A stretch of 64,000 bases of DNA from an uncultured Methylomirabilota bacterium (GCA_963845565.1 CAWJSJ010000005.1:32001-96000), one strand, 5' to 3'. Positions 10,667 through 20,469 are shown, counted from the first letter of the stretch. The notes: generated from the letters alone by a model not told the origin. Made by a program: numbers and translations.

Positions 10667-10751
10667 ATTGTCGATTGACGATTGTCGATTGACGATTCGA
10701 TTCCTCGGACCGTGTCTGCAATCTGCAATCGACAATCGGCAATCGTAAATT
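10667..10751. repeat. Inverted pair of degenerate 7-mer tandem repeats (ATTGNCG / CAATCGN)
   Basis: ATTGTCGATTGACGATTGTCGATTGACGATT...CAATCTGCAATCGACAATCGGCAATCG. Confidence 0.75.
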
Positions 10752-10769
10752 CCGTCAGCGGAGTTCCCC

Positions 10770-11132
10770 GTGAGCCAGACCAACTCGACCGATCCGGCCG
10801 ACATTGCCGTCAGTCGCGAGCAGCGCGAACTGCGCATGCGCTGGGCGGATGGTCACGAGAGCGTGTATCCCTTCGACCTGCTTCGCAGGGAGTGTCCGTG
10901 CGCCCTCTGCAACGACCAGCGGAGCAAGAGAGCCGCCGGCGGAGGGTTGAGCCTCACCGTTCTGAGCGGGCCGGTGCTGCAGGCGGGGGAGGTGCAGGCG
11001 ACGAGTGTCACGCCGGTCGGGCGCTACGCCATCAACTTCGTCTGGAGCGACGGGCACGACAGCGGGATCTATGCGTTCGAGTATCTGCGAGGACTGTGCC
11101 CATGTCCCGTGTGCCGAGCCGCAGGCACATGA
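10770..11132 (+). CDS. DUF971 / GBBH-like N-terminal domain protein
   Basis: W.DGHES.Y....LRRECPCALC; VGRYAINFVWSDGHDSGIY.FEYLR. Confidence 0.85.
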   Translation: MSQTNSTDPADIAVSREQRELRMRWADGHESVYPFDLLRRECPCALCNDQRSKRAAGGGLSLTVLSGPVLQAGEVQATSVTPVGRYAINFVWSDGHDSGIYAFEYLRGLCPCPVCRAAGT

Positions 11133-11238
11133 TCGGTCGCCGGCTCCCGTGGGTCGGCCGCGGCTCCTTGTGCCGTTTCCGGAAGTTCCCGGGCCAAGTC
11201 ATTCTTCGACAGCGGTTTGGCCGGGGATGAGGGGTGTA

Positions 11239-11733
11239 ATGGATCAGCCGGGAGGAAGTAAGACAGACGCGCGTCAGCCCAATAGCGAGAAGGCTGGAGG
11301 TGCGTTGGGGGCGCAGCGCCGGGGGCGCCGGCGCCGTGGGCGACGACCGCCGGAATCGACACCGCCGCAACCAGCGCCGGCGATTCCTCGGTGGGGCGCC
11401 GAGCCCGGGGCCAAGATCTGTCGGAAATGCGGTGGCCGAATGCATGCGGCGGACTGGATCTGGCAGAAGTACGGGCTCTGCCTCGGATGGCGCTGTGCCA
11501 ACTGCAAGGAAAAGGTCATGGCGCGCTCGTTGCCGTTCAAGGGGCTGCGGAAGCGGACGCTCGACCCCGACGAAGCGCCGCCCGTTGCTGCGCCTCGCGC
11601 CGCCTCGGATCGGATGCCAACGACGCCGAGACCTGGACTGCCACAAACCGGGAACCGCGCCGATACCGGGAGGCCCCGCCCGGCCCGCCCCACCCGGCGC
11701 CCATCCGCGGGTGGGCGCCCGAGGCCGACCTGA
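11239..11733 (+). CDS. Hypothetical protein with a CxxC...CxxC zinc ribbon in a low-complexity context
   Basis: CRKCGGRM...WRCANC; ends 3 nt before the next gene. Confidence 0.5.
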   Translation: MDQPGGSKTDARQPNSEKAGGALGAQRRGRRRRGRRPPESTPPQPAPAIPRWGAEPGAKICRKCGGRMHAADWIWQKYGLCLGWRCANCKEKVMARSLPFKGLRKRTLDPDEAPPVAAPRAASDRMPTTPRPGLPQTGNRADTGRPRPARPTRRPSAGGRPRPT

Positions 11734-11736
11734 TCC

Positions 11737-12756
11737 ATGAAGGCTATTCTTCCCCTTGCCTCCGGCGGCTTCGGCCTATCGGAGGTTGTGCCGCCGACCA
11801 TCGGACCGGGCGAGATCCTGCTCGAAATGCGGGCTTGCGGCTTGTGCGGGACCGATCTGGCGAAGCTTGCCCACCCGCAGGATTCGCAGGGGGCGCGGCT
11901 CGGCCACGAATTTTCCGGGGTGGTACGGGCCGTGGGTGCGCAGGTGACCCGCTTCGCCCCCGGAGATCGCATCGCGGCCGCGCATCACGTTCCCTGCGGC
12001 TCGTGCTGGTCTTGCCGGCACGGCAACGAATCCATGTGCCGGCAGTTCAAGACCACCAACGTCGATCCTTGCGGCTTCGCCGAGCTGATCCGGATTCCCC
12101 GGCCGCACGTGGAGCAGGTCACCTTCCGCCTCCCCGATGACCTGACGTACGAGGAGGCGTCTTTCGCGGAGCCGCTGGCGTGCGCGGTACGGGCCGTGGA
12201 GCGGTCCCAGGTCCTTTCGGGCGACCGGATCGCCGTGGTGGGCGGCGGCGGCATGGGACTGCTCATCGCACAGGTGATCCTCGCCCAGGGGGCGGACGCG
12301 ATCGTCTTGGATATCTCGGACGCTCGCCTCGCGCTGGCGGTCCAGGTCGGCGTGCGGCTGGCCGTCAACCCCGGCGCGGCCGGTGTGGGCCGGACGCTGG
12401 CGGACCTGACCGAGGGTGTGGGCGTGGATGGGGCGATTCTCACGGTGGTGAACGGCCGGATTCTGGAGGACACGCAGCGCGCCGTGCGCGCGGGCGGCCG
12501 CATCAACGTGTTTGCGGAGGCGGCGGACGGGCCGCGCCTCGCCATGGATTTCGTGGATCTCTATCATCGGGAACTGGCCGTCTTCGCGACCTATTCCTCG
12601 ACGCCCGCGACGCTCGCCCGGGCGGTCGAACTCCTTTCCGGCCGCCGGATCCGCGTGGCGCCGCTCATCAGCCATCGCTTGCCGCTCGAGGCATTCGATG
12701 AGGGGGTGCGTCTGCAGCGGGAGGGGAAGGCGACCAAGGTGGTGTACCACCCATGA
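11737..12756 (+). CDS. Zn-dependent alcohol dehydrogenase (MDR, sorbitol/threonine dehydrogenase-like)
   Basis: CGLCGTD, GHEFSG, CGSCWSCRHG...C, GGGGMG. Confidence 0.88.
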   Translation: MKAILPLASGGFGLSEVVPPTIGPGEILLEMRACGLCGTDLAKLAHPQDSQGARLGHEFSGVVRAVGAQVTRFAPGDRIAAAHHVPCGSCWSCRHGNESMCRQFKTTNVDPCGFAELIRIPRPHVEQVTFRLPDDLTYEEASFAEPLACAVRAVERSQVLSGDRIAVVGGGGMGLLIAQVILAQGADAIVLDISDARLALAVQVGVRLAVNPGAAGVGRTLADLTEGVGVDGAILTVVNGRILEDTQRAVRAGGRINVFAEAADGPRLAMDFVDLYHRELAVFATYSSTPATLARAVELLSGRRIRVAPLISHRLPLEAFDEGVRLQREGKATKVVYHP

Positions 12757-13865
12757 CGCCTCCGTCAGTTGAATCGAGCGCCTTCACCCCGGCGCTGCCG
12801 GCATCCCGGCAGATGCGCGCCGCCCTCCTCTATGGCGCCGAAGACGTCCGTTTCGAAGAGGTCCCCATTCCACGGACCGGGCCGGGCGAGGTGCTGGTCC
12901 GGGTGGACGTGGCCTCGGTGGATTTCACGGACCGGAAGGTATTCCTCCGCGGCCATCACCCCATGATCAAGACGCCCGGTCTCTTCGGCCACGAGTGGGC
13001 CGGCATGATCGCAGAAGTGGGCGCGGGCGTCGAGATCCGCTGGCGTCCAGGGCAACGCGTGGCATCCGCGAATTCCGCCCCGTGTCAACCGGCGGAAGGC
13101 CCTCTCTGTCGGCAGTGTCGGCGCGGCCGGCCGAGCATGTGCGAGACCATCGAGTACCTGAACGGCGCGTTCGCGCCATACATTCTTGTGCCCAAGCGAT
13201 TGGCCAGCGTCAACCTGCATCCCGTGCCGGGCGGTGTCTCTCTGGAGCAGATGGTGTTCACCGAACCATACGCCTGCGCCGTCCAGGCCGCGCGGCGAGT
13301 GTCGGTGCTTCCGGGTGACGTCGTGGTGGTTCTGGGGGCGGGCCCCATGGGTCTGTTCATGGTGAACGCGTTGCGCCGCCGCCACGGTCGGGAATTCATC
13401 ATTGTCTCGCTGGATCGGCTCGACAGTCGTCTGCGCGTGGCGACGGCCTTTGGAGCCACCCATGCGTTGAACACGACCGATCGCCCCTCCCGCGATGCTT
13501 TGCAGGAGGCGATCGGGCGACCCGATGCCGACGTGGTCATCGAGGTGATCGGCGCCGTGGAGACACACCGCGAGGCCCTGAGCCTGGTGGGCCGAGGCGG
13601 AACGCTCATCTCCTTCGGCGGTGTGGCCCCGGGTCAGACTTTGCCGGTGGACATCGGCCACCTGCATTACCAAGAGATCGCCATCCAGCCCATCTACCAT
13701 CACACCCCCATCGACGTCGCCGAGGCGGTGCGCCAACTGGTCGCCGGCGAGGTCCCGGTCGAACAACTCATTACGGCCCGGCTCCCGATGTCAGAGCTCA
13801 AGACCGCTCTCCAGATGGTGGCCGACCGGACCACGCTACGGACGATACTTCTTCCGGATCGGTGA
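12753..13865 (+). CDS. Zn-binding dehydrogenase (MDR family)
   Basis: GHEWAG, C...CRQC...C, GAGPMG; ATGA overlap with the upstream gene; DFTD replaces CGTD. Confidence 0.85.
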   Translation: MTPPSVESSAFTPALPASRQMRAALLYGAEDVRFEEVPIPRTGPGEVLVRVDVASVDFTDRKVFLRGHHPMIKTPGLFGHEWAGMIAEVGAGVEIRWRPGQRVASANSAPCQPAEGPLCRQCRRGRPSMCETIEYLNGAFAPYILVPKRLASVNLHPVPGGVSLEQMVFTEPYACAVQAARRVSVLPGDVVVVLGAGPMGLFMVNALRRRHGREFIIVSLDRLDSRLRVATAFGATHALNTTDRPSRDALQEAIGRPDADVVIEVIGAVETHREALSLVGRGGTLISFGGVAPGQTLPVDIGHLHYQEIAIQPIYHHTPIDVAEAVRQLVAGEVPVEQLITARLPMSELKTALQMVADRTTLRTILLPDR

Positions 13866-13901
13866 TCCGTTCGTCACCCGACAGACCTTCGCGGTTTCCC
13901 G

Positions 13902-13929
13902 TTGACACCACCTCGGAGCTTGATACCAT
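13902..13929 (+). promoter_or_regulatory. Putative sigma70 promoter of the nucleotidyltransferase module
   Basis: TTGACA at 13902, 16-nt spacer, extended -10 TGnTACCAT. Confidence 0.5.
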
Positions 13930-13974
13930 CGCCCACAGCCACGACACGGTGAGGCCGGAGGATGGCCCCTGACG

Positions 13975-14493
13975 ATGATCGGTGAGATCGAAGCGGTCGT
14001 CGATTCCCTGAATCGGGCACAGGTTCGCTACCTCGTTGTGGGAGGCGTCGCCGTCGTTTTGCATGGATACCTACGAACCACGGCGGATCTTGACCTTGTC
14101 ATTCACCTAGCCCCCGACAATGCCCTGAGGGCGGTCAAAGCCCTGGCGGCCCTACAGTACCGCCCGCGAGCTCCGGTCAACTTCGAGGCCTTCGCGCAAC
14201 GGGAAGCGCGCGAGTCCTGGTTACGCGAGAAGGGCCTGACGGTTTTCTCGCTGTGGAGCCCCGCCCGCCCAACTCTGGAGATCGATCTCTTCGTTTCCGA
14301 GCCATTCGATTTCGAAGTCGTGTATGCGCGGGCGCTTCGGGTGCGGCTGCAGAGATCCGAGGCGACGGTGGTGTCCCTCGACGATCTGATCGATCTCAAG
14401 AGGCAAGTGAACCGCCCGCGCGATCAGGAAGACGTAGCCGCCCTGGAGGCCTTGAAGGGGGAAACGATGCAAGAAGGCGGCCCCGATGAGTGA
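13975..14493 (+). CDS. Putative nucleotidyltransferase (Pol-beta/AbiEii-like fold)
   Basis: YLVVGGVAVVLHGYLRTTADLDL...EIDL...LDDLIDLK...RPRDQEDV. Confidence 0.8.
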   Translation: MIGEIEAVVDSLNRAQVRYLVVGGVAVVLHGYLRTTADLDLVIHLAPDNALRAVKALAALQYRPRAPVNFEAFAQREARESWLREKGLTVFSLWSPARPTLEIDLFVSEPFDFEVVYARALRVRLQRSEATVVSLDDLIDLKRQVNRPRDQEDVAALEALKGETMQEGGPDE

Positions 14494-14701
14494 GGCCGGT
14501 GCGAATCTCTGGGCGAAAGGGCACGCGGGATTCGATCGTGGGTTCGACGGGCACTGGCGCCGTCAAGTCCGGCTTGGACTTGCCCTGACGCCGGCCCAGC
14601 GACTGCGCTGGCTCGAACAGACCATGGACGAGCTTCGGCCACTCGTCGGCCGTGCCCGCCTTGCCAAGTCCTCTTCCGAGAAAAGTCCGGGAGCAGCCTG
14701 A
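14486..14701 (+). CDS. Small hypothetical protein, partner of the nucleotidyltransferase
   Basis: 8-nt overlap with the upstream gene; LALTPAQRLRWL motif. Confidence 0.6.
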   Translation: MSEAGANLWAKGHAGFDRGFDGHWRRQVRLGLALTPAQRLRWLEQTMDELRPLVGRARLAKSSSEKSPGAA

Positions 14702-14874
14702 CCCGTTCCGTCGCCATCATTTTCCGCGACAGTAATGGCGACCGGCACGTCGCGCCTTCCCATGTCCGAACTCACCGCCACCCTCCAGATGGTGGCCGAC
14801 CGGACCACCTTGCGGACGGATATGCGTCGGGACCGCCACTAAGTCTTTAACCGCCACCCCGCCGACCTTTCCGC

Positions 14875-14930
14875 TTGACAGGCACGATGCGCCTCGGCTA
14901 GTCTGCCGCATTATTGAAACCGGTTTCAAT
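14875..14930 (+). promoter_or_regulatory. Sigma70 promoter and LacI-type operator
   Basis: TTGACA at 14875, TAGTCT at 14899, then a perfect 18-bp palindrome ATTGAAACCGGTTTCAAT at 14913-14930. Confidence 0.8.
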
Positions 14931-14947
14931 GAATCCTTTTTTGGACC

Positions 14948-16057
14948 GTGGCCGTGCCCGAACAGCGCGCACCGATCCATTCTCCCACCGTGTCCGACGT
15001 GGCGCGCCGCGCGCGTGTCTCGCGCGCCACCGTGTCCCGAGTGCTCAACCGGTACCCCCACGTCCGCTCTGAGGTCCGCGCCCGCGTGGAGCGGGCCATG
15101 GCAGCGCTCGCGTATCGACCGGACGCGGTAGCGCGCAGCCTGGCCCGGCGTGAGACGCGGACCCTCGGGTTGGTGGTGACCGACATCACAAACCCGTTCT
15201 ACGCGGAGACGGCGGCGGCCATCGTCAAGACCGCGCGTGCCCACGGCTACACCGTGATCCTCTGCGACACCGACAATATCGCGGATCTGCAGGCAGAGTA
15301 CATCGAGGTCCTCCGCCAGCGGCGGGTGGACGGGATCATCCTGGGTTCGGTGTTCCTCCGCGACCCGGCGGTGGAGCGACTGATCGACTCCGGCATGCCC
15401 TGCATGCTCTACAACCGTCGGCTCCGCTCGGGCCGAGGGAACTACGTGGTCCTGGACAACCTCCGGGCGGGGCGGGAGCTCACCCGGCATCTGCTGGGGC
15501 TCGGCCACTGCCGCATCGGCTTCATCGGGACGCTGGCCGGACTGTCGTCCGCCGCCGACCGACGGCGTGGGTACGGGGCGGCTCTGCGGGAGGCCGGCGT
15601 CCGCCCGCAGGCGCAGTTCGTCCGTATGCGCGGGGTGAAGCCGGAACTGGCGCGGGAAGCGGCCCGGGAGATTCTAGCCCTCCCGGATCGGCCGACCGCC
15701 ATCGTGGCAAGCAGCGACCGGGTGGCGTTGAGCGTGATGGAGATCGCCGCGGAGATGGGGTTGTCCGTCCCCGGTGACCTGGCCGTGGTCGGGGTGGACA
15801 ACATCCCCATGGCCGCCCACCAGGCCATCCAGCTCACGACGGTGGACCAGCACCTCGCCGAGATGGGCCGCCTGGCCGTGGAGGGCCTTCTGGGCATCAT
15901 TCGTGACCCGGAGCGCTATCGGCGGAGTCCGTTGCAGCAGGTCCTGGCGCCGACGCTCATCGTGCGGCGGACCTGCGGGGCGCTCGACCCGCGAGCGACG
16001 GTGCGGGGACGGCGGCTGCGATCATCCGCAGACCACAAAGGAGGCAGTCGTGGCTGA
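14948..16057 (+). CDS. LacI family transcriptional regulator
   Basis: TVSDVARRARVSRATVSRVLN, YRPDAVARSL, NPFY, VPGDLAVVGVD. Confidence 0.92.
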   Translation: MAVPEQRAPIHSPTVSDVARRARVSRATVSRVLNRYPHVRSEVRARVERAMAALAYRPDAVARSLARRETRTLGLVVTDITNPFYAETAAAIVKTARAHGYTVILCDTDNIADLQAEYIEVLRQRRVDGIILGSVFLRDPAVERLIDSGMPCMLYNRRLRSGRGNYVVLDNLRAGRELTRHLLGLGHCRIGFIGTLAGLSSAADRRRGYGAALREAGVRPQAQFVRMRGVKPELAREAAREILALPDRPTAIVASSDRVALSVMEIAAEMGLSVPGDLAVVGVDNIPMAAHQAIQLTTVDQHLAEMGRLAVEGLLGIIRDPERYRRSPLQQVLAPTLIVRRTCGALDPRATVRGRRLRSSADHKGGSRG

Positions 16058-17642
16058 GCGCAAGAAACCGATTCTCACGGCGGAGGAAGCTGCCCAGCTC
16101 GTTCCGAGTGGCGCCACGGTCACCGTGAGCAGCTCGGCGGCCCAGCTCGTTCCGGACAAGGTGCTGGCGGGGATCGGGGCGCGCTTTCTGGCGACGGGGG
16201 AGCCGAAGGGACTCACCATGCTCTTCCCGGTGGCGGTGGGCGACTCCTTCGGCACCGTGGGGATGGATCACCTGGCCCACATCGGCCTGATCAAGCGGCT
16301 CATCGGCGGCTCGTACGTGAACGGTCCGGCCTCGAAGCCGCCTCCGAAGATCTACGCCATGATCTTGAACGACCAGGTGGAGGCCTACAACCTTCCCCTT
16401 GGGGTCCTGATGCACCTGCACCGGGATATCGCAGCCAGGAAGCCGGGGGTCATCACCAAGATCGGATTGGGGACGTTCGTGGACCCCCGGGACCGAGGCG
16501 GGCGGATGAATGGCGTGACGCCGCCGGACCTGGTCGAGGTCATCCAGTTGCTGGGAGAGGAATGGCTGCTCTACCGGAGCTTCCCCATCCAGGTGGCCAT
16601 CATCCGGGGGACCTCGGCGGACGTGAATGGGAACATCACCACGGAGCACGAGGGGGTGACGCTGGCCGTCCTGGCCCAGGCGACGGCAGCGCACAACTCC
16701 GGCGGTAAGGTCATCGCCCAGGTGAAGCGCGTGGTGGCCGCGGGCACGCTTGACCCCCAGAAGGTGAAAGTCCCGGGAATCCTGGTGGACGCACTGGTGG
16801 TGGACCCGGACCAGCGCCAGAACACGGGGATTGCTTATGATCCGGCCATCAGCGGCGAAATCCACGCCGCGACGTTTCCGGTCGAGCCGGTGCCGCTCGG
16901 CCCGGAGAAGGTCATTGCGCGGCGCGCGCTCATGCAGATCCGGTCCGGCGACATCGTGAATCTGGGGTTCGGCATCTCCTCCCTGGTTCCGCAGATCGCT
17001 TTCGAGGAGGGGGTGTTCGACCGACTGAACTTCACGGTCGAGCAGGGGGCGGTGAATGGGCTGCCGCTCACCGGCTTCGCCTTCGGCGCCTCCCACAACC
17101 CCGAGGCGATCATCGACTCGCCGGCGCAGTTCGACCTGATCGACGGGGGCGGCGTGACGGTCGGCTGCCTGGCATTTGCCGAGGTGGACGGTGCGGGGAA
17201 CGTGAACGTCAGCCGACTGAAAGCCCAACCCCACGTGCTGGCGGGGGCGGGCGGCTTCATCAATATTGCCATGGGGACGCGAAAACTGGTGTATTGCGGG
17301 ACGCTGATGGCGGGCGGCCTGGACATCCGGATCGAGGACGGCCGGGTCCGGATCGTCCAGGAGGGGCGGTTCCAGAAGTTCGTGGAACGGGCGCAGGATG
17401 TGACATTCAACGGGCCGCGGGCGGCCGAGCAGGGGCAGGAGGTCTGGTACTTCACGGAACGCGGCGTGTTCCGCCTGGATCGCCAGGGACTGCTTCTGGT
17501 TGAGGTGGCGCCGGGCGTGGACCTGGACCGGGACATCCGGTCGAAGGTGGGCTTCCCGCTCCGGGTGGCGCCGGAGTGCCGGACGATGGATGCGCGCATC
17601 TTCCGCCCCGAGCCGATGGGGTTGGCGGCGGAGTGGACGTAG
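16050..17642 (+). CDS. Acyl-CoA:acetate/propionate CoA-transferase (YdiF/Pct-like, fused family I)
   Basis: EAYNLPLG, IGLGTFVDPR, NLGFGI, catalytic ExG (VEQG), GAGGFINI, TERGVF; AAAGGAGG RBS before GTG. Confidence 0.88.
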   Translation: MAERKKPILTAEEAAQLVPSGATVTVSSSAAQLVPDKVLAGIGARFLATGEPKGLTMLFPVAVGDSFGTVGMDHLAHIGLIKRLIGGSYVNGPASKPPPKIYAMILNDQVEAYNLPLGVLMHLHRDIAARKPGVITKIGLGTFVDPRDRGGRMNGVTPPDLVEVIQLLGEEWLLYRSFPIQVAIIRGTSADVNGNITTEHEGVTLAVLAQATAAHNSGGKVIAQVKRVVAAGTLDPQKVKVPGILVDALVVDPDQRQNTGIAYDPAISGEIHAATFPVEPVPLGPEKVIARRALMQIRSGDIVNLGFGISSLVPQIAFEEGVFDRLNFTVEQGAVNGLPLTGFAFGASHNPEAIIDSPAQFDLIDGGGVTVGCLAFAEVDGAGNVNVSRLKAQPHVLAGAGGFINIAMGTRKLVYCGTLMAGGLDIRIEDGRVRIVQEGRFQKFVERAQDVTFNGPRAAEQGQEVWYFTERGVFRLDRQGLLLVEVAPGVDLDRDIRSKVGFPLRVAPECRTMDARIFRPEPMGLAAEWT

Positions 17643-17710
17643 GGAAAAATTCGAATTTCGAAATCCGAAATTGAGAGACGGGCGAAAGACCGGCCGAAAG
17701 GGGAGTTGCG

Positions 17711-18160
17711 ATGGAGCGGTACTACGAGGACATGATGGTCGGAGAGGAGCACGTCTCGCCGGCGCGTACCATCACCGAGGCCGACGTGGTGAACTTCTCG
17801 GCCTTCTCGGGGGACTGGAGCCCGGTCCACAGCGACGAGGAGTGGTGCAAGCAGACGCCCTTCAAGACGCGGATTGCCCACGGGCTCCTCGGGCTGGCTC
17901 TGACCGAAGGGCTCAAGTTCCGCATTCCCGAATTCAGCGCGGCGCGCTACATGGCGTCGCTCTACTGGAACTACAAATTCACGGCGCCGATCCTGATCGG
18001 GGATACGGTCCGGCTGAGGGTGACTATCCAGAGCAAACGGGAGACAAAAAAACCGGACCGTGGGATCGTGATCGAGTACGTGGCGATGCTGAACCAACGG
18101 AATGAGGTGGTCGGCGAAGGCGAGCACGGCCTGATGGTCTACCGCAAGGGCAGTCTGTGA
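17711..18160 (+). CDS. MaoC family dehydratase (hot-dog fold)
   Basis: RTITEADVVNF...GDWSPVHSD...RIAHG; P.LIGDT. Confidence 0.88.
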   Translation: MERYYEDMMVGEEHVSPARTITEADVVNFSAFSGDWSPVHSDEEWCKQTPFKTRIAHGLLGLALTEGLKFRIPEFSAARYMASLYWNYKFTAPILIGDTVRLRVTIQSKRETKKPDRGIVIEYVAMLNQRNEVVGEGEHGLMVYRKGSL

Positions 18161-18177
18161 CACGAGGGAACCCAAGT

Positions 18178-18260
18178 AACCGCAGATTACGCAGATTGCG
18201 CAGATTCTCCGAGAACCCAAGTGGCGGGATCCATCTGTGTCATCTGTGAAATTAGCGGTT
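18178..18260. repeat. Inverted pair of 9-mer trimers
   Basis: AACCGCAGATTACGCAGATTGCGCAGATT...ATCTGTGTCATCTGTGAAATTAGCGGTT; homologous to 19492 and 30378. Confidence 0.75.
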
Positions 18261-18317
18261 TAGGCCAGATCGCTTGGTGGCCCAGTTGCCAAATTGCCAT
18301 CACTTATGGAGGCGGGA

Positions 18318-19460
18318 ATGGATTTCGAGTTGAACGATGCGCAGCGGATGCTGCGGGACATGGTGCGGGACTTTGCCGAAAAGGAGATCAAACCACGGGC
18401 CGCAGAGATCGACCGGACGGACGAGTTTCCGTGGGATCTGTGGAAGCGCATGGCCGAGCTGGGCATCCTGGGGATGACCCTGCCGCCCGAGTACGGCGGC
18501 TCGGGCATGGACATCGTGAGCTGGGCCATCGCGCAAGAGGAGATGGCGCGTGCTTCGGTGGTAGTGGCCGATATCCAACTTCTCAGCACGCTGATGCAGA
18601 ACATGATCCTCAAGAACGGGACCGACGCCCAGAAGCAGAAGTACCTGCCGGCTCTCGGCTCGGGAGAGAAGATCTGCATCATCGCGCAAACCGAGCCCGG
18701 CGCAGGGTCCGATGTGGCCGGGATCCAGACCACGGCGAAACCGGAGCGGAACGGGTACGTCCTGAACGGCACCAAACGGTTCTTGACCTGCGCCATGCTG
18801 GCCGACCTGGCGATCGTGGTGGCGACCGTGGACAGGAGCAAGGGGCACAAGGGGATCACGCTGTTCCTGGTGGAGAAGGGGACGCCCGGCTTCTCGCCCG
18901 GATCCAAAGAGCACTTGATGGGTGTCAAGGGGATGGGGACGGGCGAGGTGGTCCTGGACAACTGCTGGGTACCGAAGGAGAACCTGCTAGGCGGCGAAGG
19001 GGAAGGATTCAAGCGCGCCATGATGTCCCTCGACACGGGGCGCATCGGCATCGGCTGCCAGGCGGTGGGGCTGGCGCAGGCTGCCATGGAGGAGGCCATC
19101 CGCTACGCCAAGCAGCGGACCGCTTTCGGCGGCCCCATCGCGAACCTCCAGGCTATCCAATTCATGCTGGCGGACATGTCGGCGGGGATCGAGGCGGCTC
19201 GGCTGCGCCTTCGGCACGCCGCGTGGCTGAAGGACCAGGGGCGGTCGATCATTCGCGAAGCCGCCGAGGCGAAGCTGCTGGCGTCGGATCTGGCGGTGAA
19301 GGTGACGGCGGACGCGCTCCAGATCCATGGCGCATACGGCTACAGCGTCGACTTTCCCATCGAGCGGATGTACCGCGAGGCAAAGGTGTATCAGATCTGG
19401 GAGGGCACCAGCGAGATCCAGCGGGTGGTGATCGCGCGACAGTTGTTGAAAGAGTATTAG
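18318..19460 (+). CDS. Acyl-CoA dehydrogenase
   Basis: PPEYGGSG, TEPGAGSD, LNGTK, GRIGI, QIHGAYGY, catalytic IWEGTSEIQR. Confidence 0.92.
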   Translation: MDFELNDAQRMLRDMVRDFAEKEIKPRAAEIDRTDEFPWDLWKRMAELGILGMTLPPEYGGSGMDIVSWAIAQEEMARASVVVADIQLLSTLMQNMILKNGTDAQKQKYLPALGSGEKICIIAQTEPGAGSDVAGIQTTAKPERNGYVLNGTKRFLTCAMLADLAIVVATVDRSKGHKGITLFLVEKGTPGFSPGSKEHLMGVKGMGTGEVVLDNCWVPKENLLGGEGEGFKRAMMSLDTGRIGIGCQAVGLAQAAMEEAIRYAKQRTAFGGPIANLQAIQFMLADMSAGIEAARLRLRHAAWLKDQGRSIIREAAEAKLLASDLAVKVTADALQIHGAYGYSVDFPIERMYREAKVYQIWEGTSEIQRVVIARQLLKEY

Positions 19461-19491
19461 TGCTTCATCCGGGCCGCGCAGAATCGGGGGG

Positions 19492-19700
19492 AACCACAGA
19501 TTACGCAGATTCCACAGATTTCAGAGGAAACGGGTCGGGGGAATAGTTTTGAAAGGAGACTCCGAGGGACCGAGGAAATCGCTGATGATGCACATGTCGC
19601 AGACTTCACGGGAGAGCGGAAGGGTAGAATTCGAATCTGCGTAATCTGCGAAATCTGTGGTTCCATTCCGTCCTCTGGCGTTCTTGGTGCCTTGGCGGTT
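19492..19700. repeat. Inverted 9-mer repeat cassette plus a second 9-mer arm
   Basis: AACCACAGATTACGCAGATTCCACAGATT...AATCTGCGTAATCTGCGAAATCTGTGGTT, then CTGGCGTTCTTGGTGCCTTGGCGGTT. Confidence 0.75.
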
Positions 19701-19722
19701 CACAGCTCTTGGGGAGGGTGAC

Positions 19723-20469
19723 ATGCAATTCGCGGGGAAGGTGGCGTTGGTGACGGGCGGGGGGTCGGGGATCGGGAGGGCGACCTGCGAGCTCTTTGCC
19801 GGGCGGGGCGGGGCCGTGGTGGCGGCGGATGTGAACGAAGCGGCGGCCGCGGCGACGGCCGAGGGGATCCGGAAAACGGGAGGGCGAGCGATAGCAGTGC
19901 GCTGCGATGTCACGCTCTGGGATCACGTCCAGGCGGCTGTGGATCGCGCACGGACGGAGTACGGCAGCCTGGATGTGGTCGTCAACTGCGCCGGCATCTT
20001 GAAGGGCCACCTTCTGGAGGAGACGCCGGAAGCCGAGTGGAGACAGATGCTGGACGTGAATCTCACGGGTGCCTTCTTGGTCACCAAAGCGGCGCTCAAG
20101 GCGATGCGGGAGCAGGGTGGCGGTGCCATCGTCCACATCGCGTCGCGCATGGCCATCCGGGTCAAGGAGGGGCACGGCGCCTATGCCGCGGCCAAGGCGG
20201 GCATCCTGCAACTGACCCAGATGGCCGCGCTGGAGGGCGCGCCCCACAAGATCCGGGTCAACTGCGTCTGCCCTGGTTTTGTGGATTCGCCGATGACGCG
20301 CGGCGGATACCAGGACGACGCGTTCGAGGGCTGGAACAAGGTCTGTCCGCTGGGCCGGCCCGCCGTCCCCGAGGATATCGCCAAGGCGATGCTGTTCCTG
20401 GCCTCGGACGAGGCGGCGTTCATCACCGGGGTGGCGTTGCCGGTGGACGGGGGGCGGACGATTCTCTGA
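19723..20469 (+). CDS. SDR family oxidoreductase
   Basis: TGGGSGIG, NCAG, YAAAK, IRVNCVCPG, VDGG. Confidence 0.92.
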   Translation: MQFAGKVALVTGGGSGIGRATCELFAGRGGAVVAADVNEAAAAATAEGIRKTGGRAIAVRCDVTLWDHVQAAVDRARTEYGSLDVVVNCAGILKGHLLEETPEAEWRQMLDVNLTGAFLVTKAALKAMREQGGGAIVHIASRMAIRVKEGHGAYAAAKAGILQLTQMAALEGAPHKIRVNCVCPGFVDSPMTRGGYQDDAFEGWNKVCPLGRPAVPEDIAKAMLFLASDEAAFITGVALPVDGGRTIL

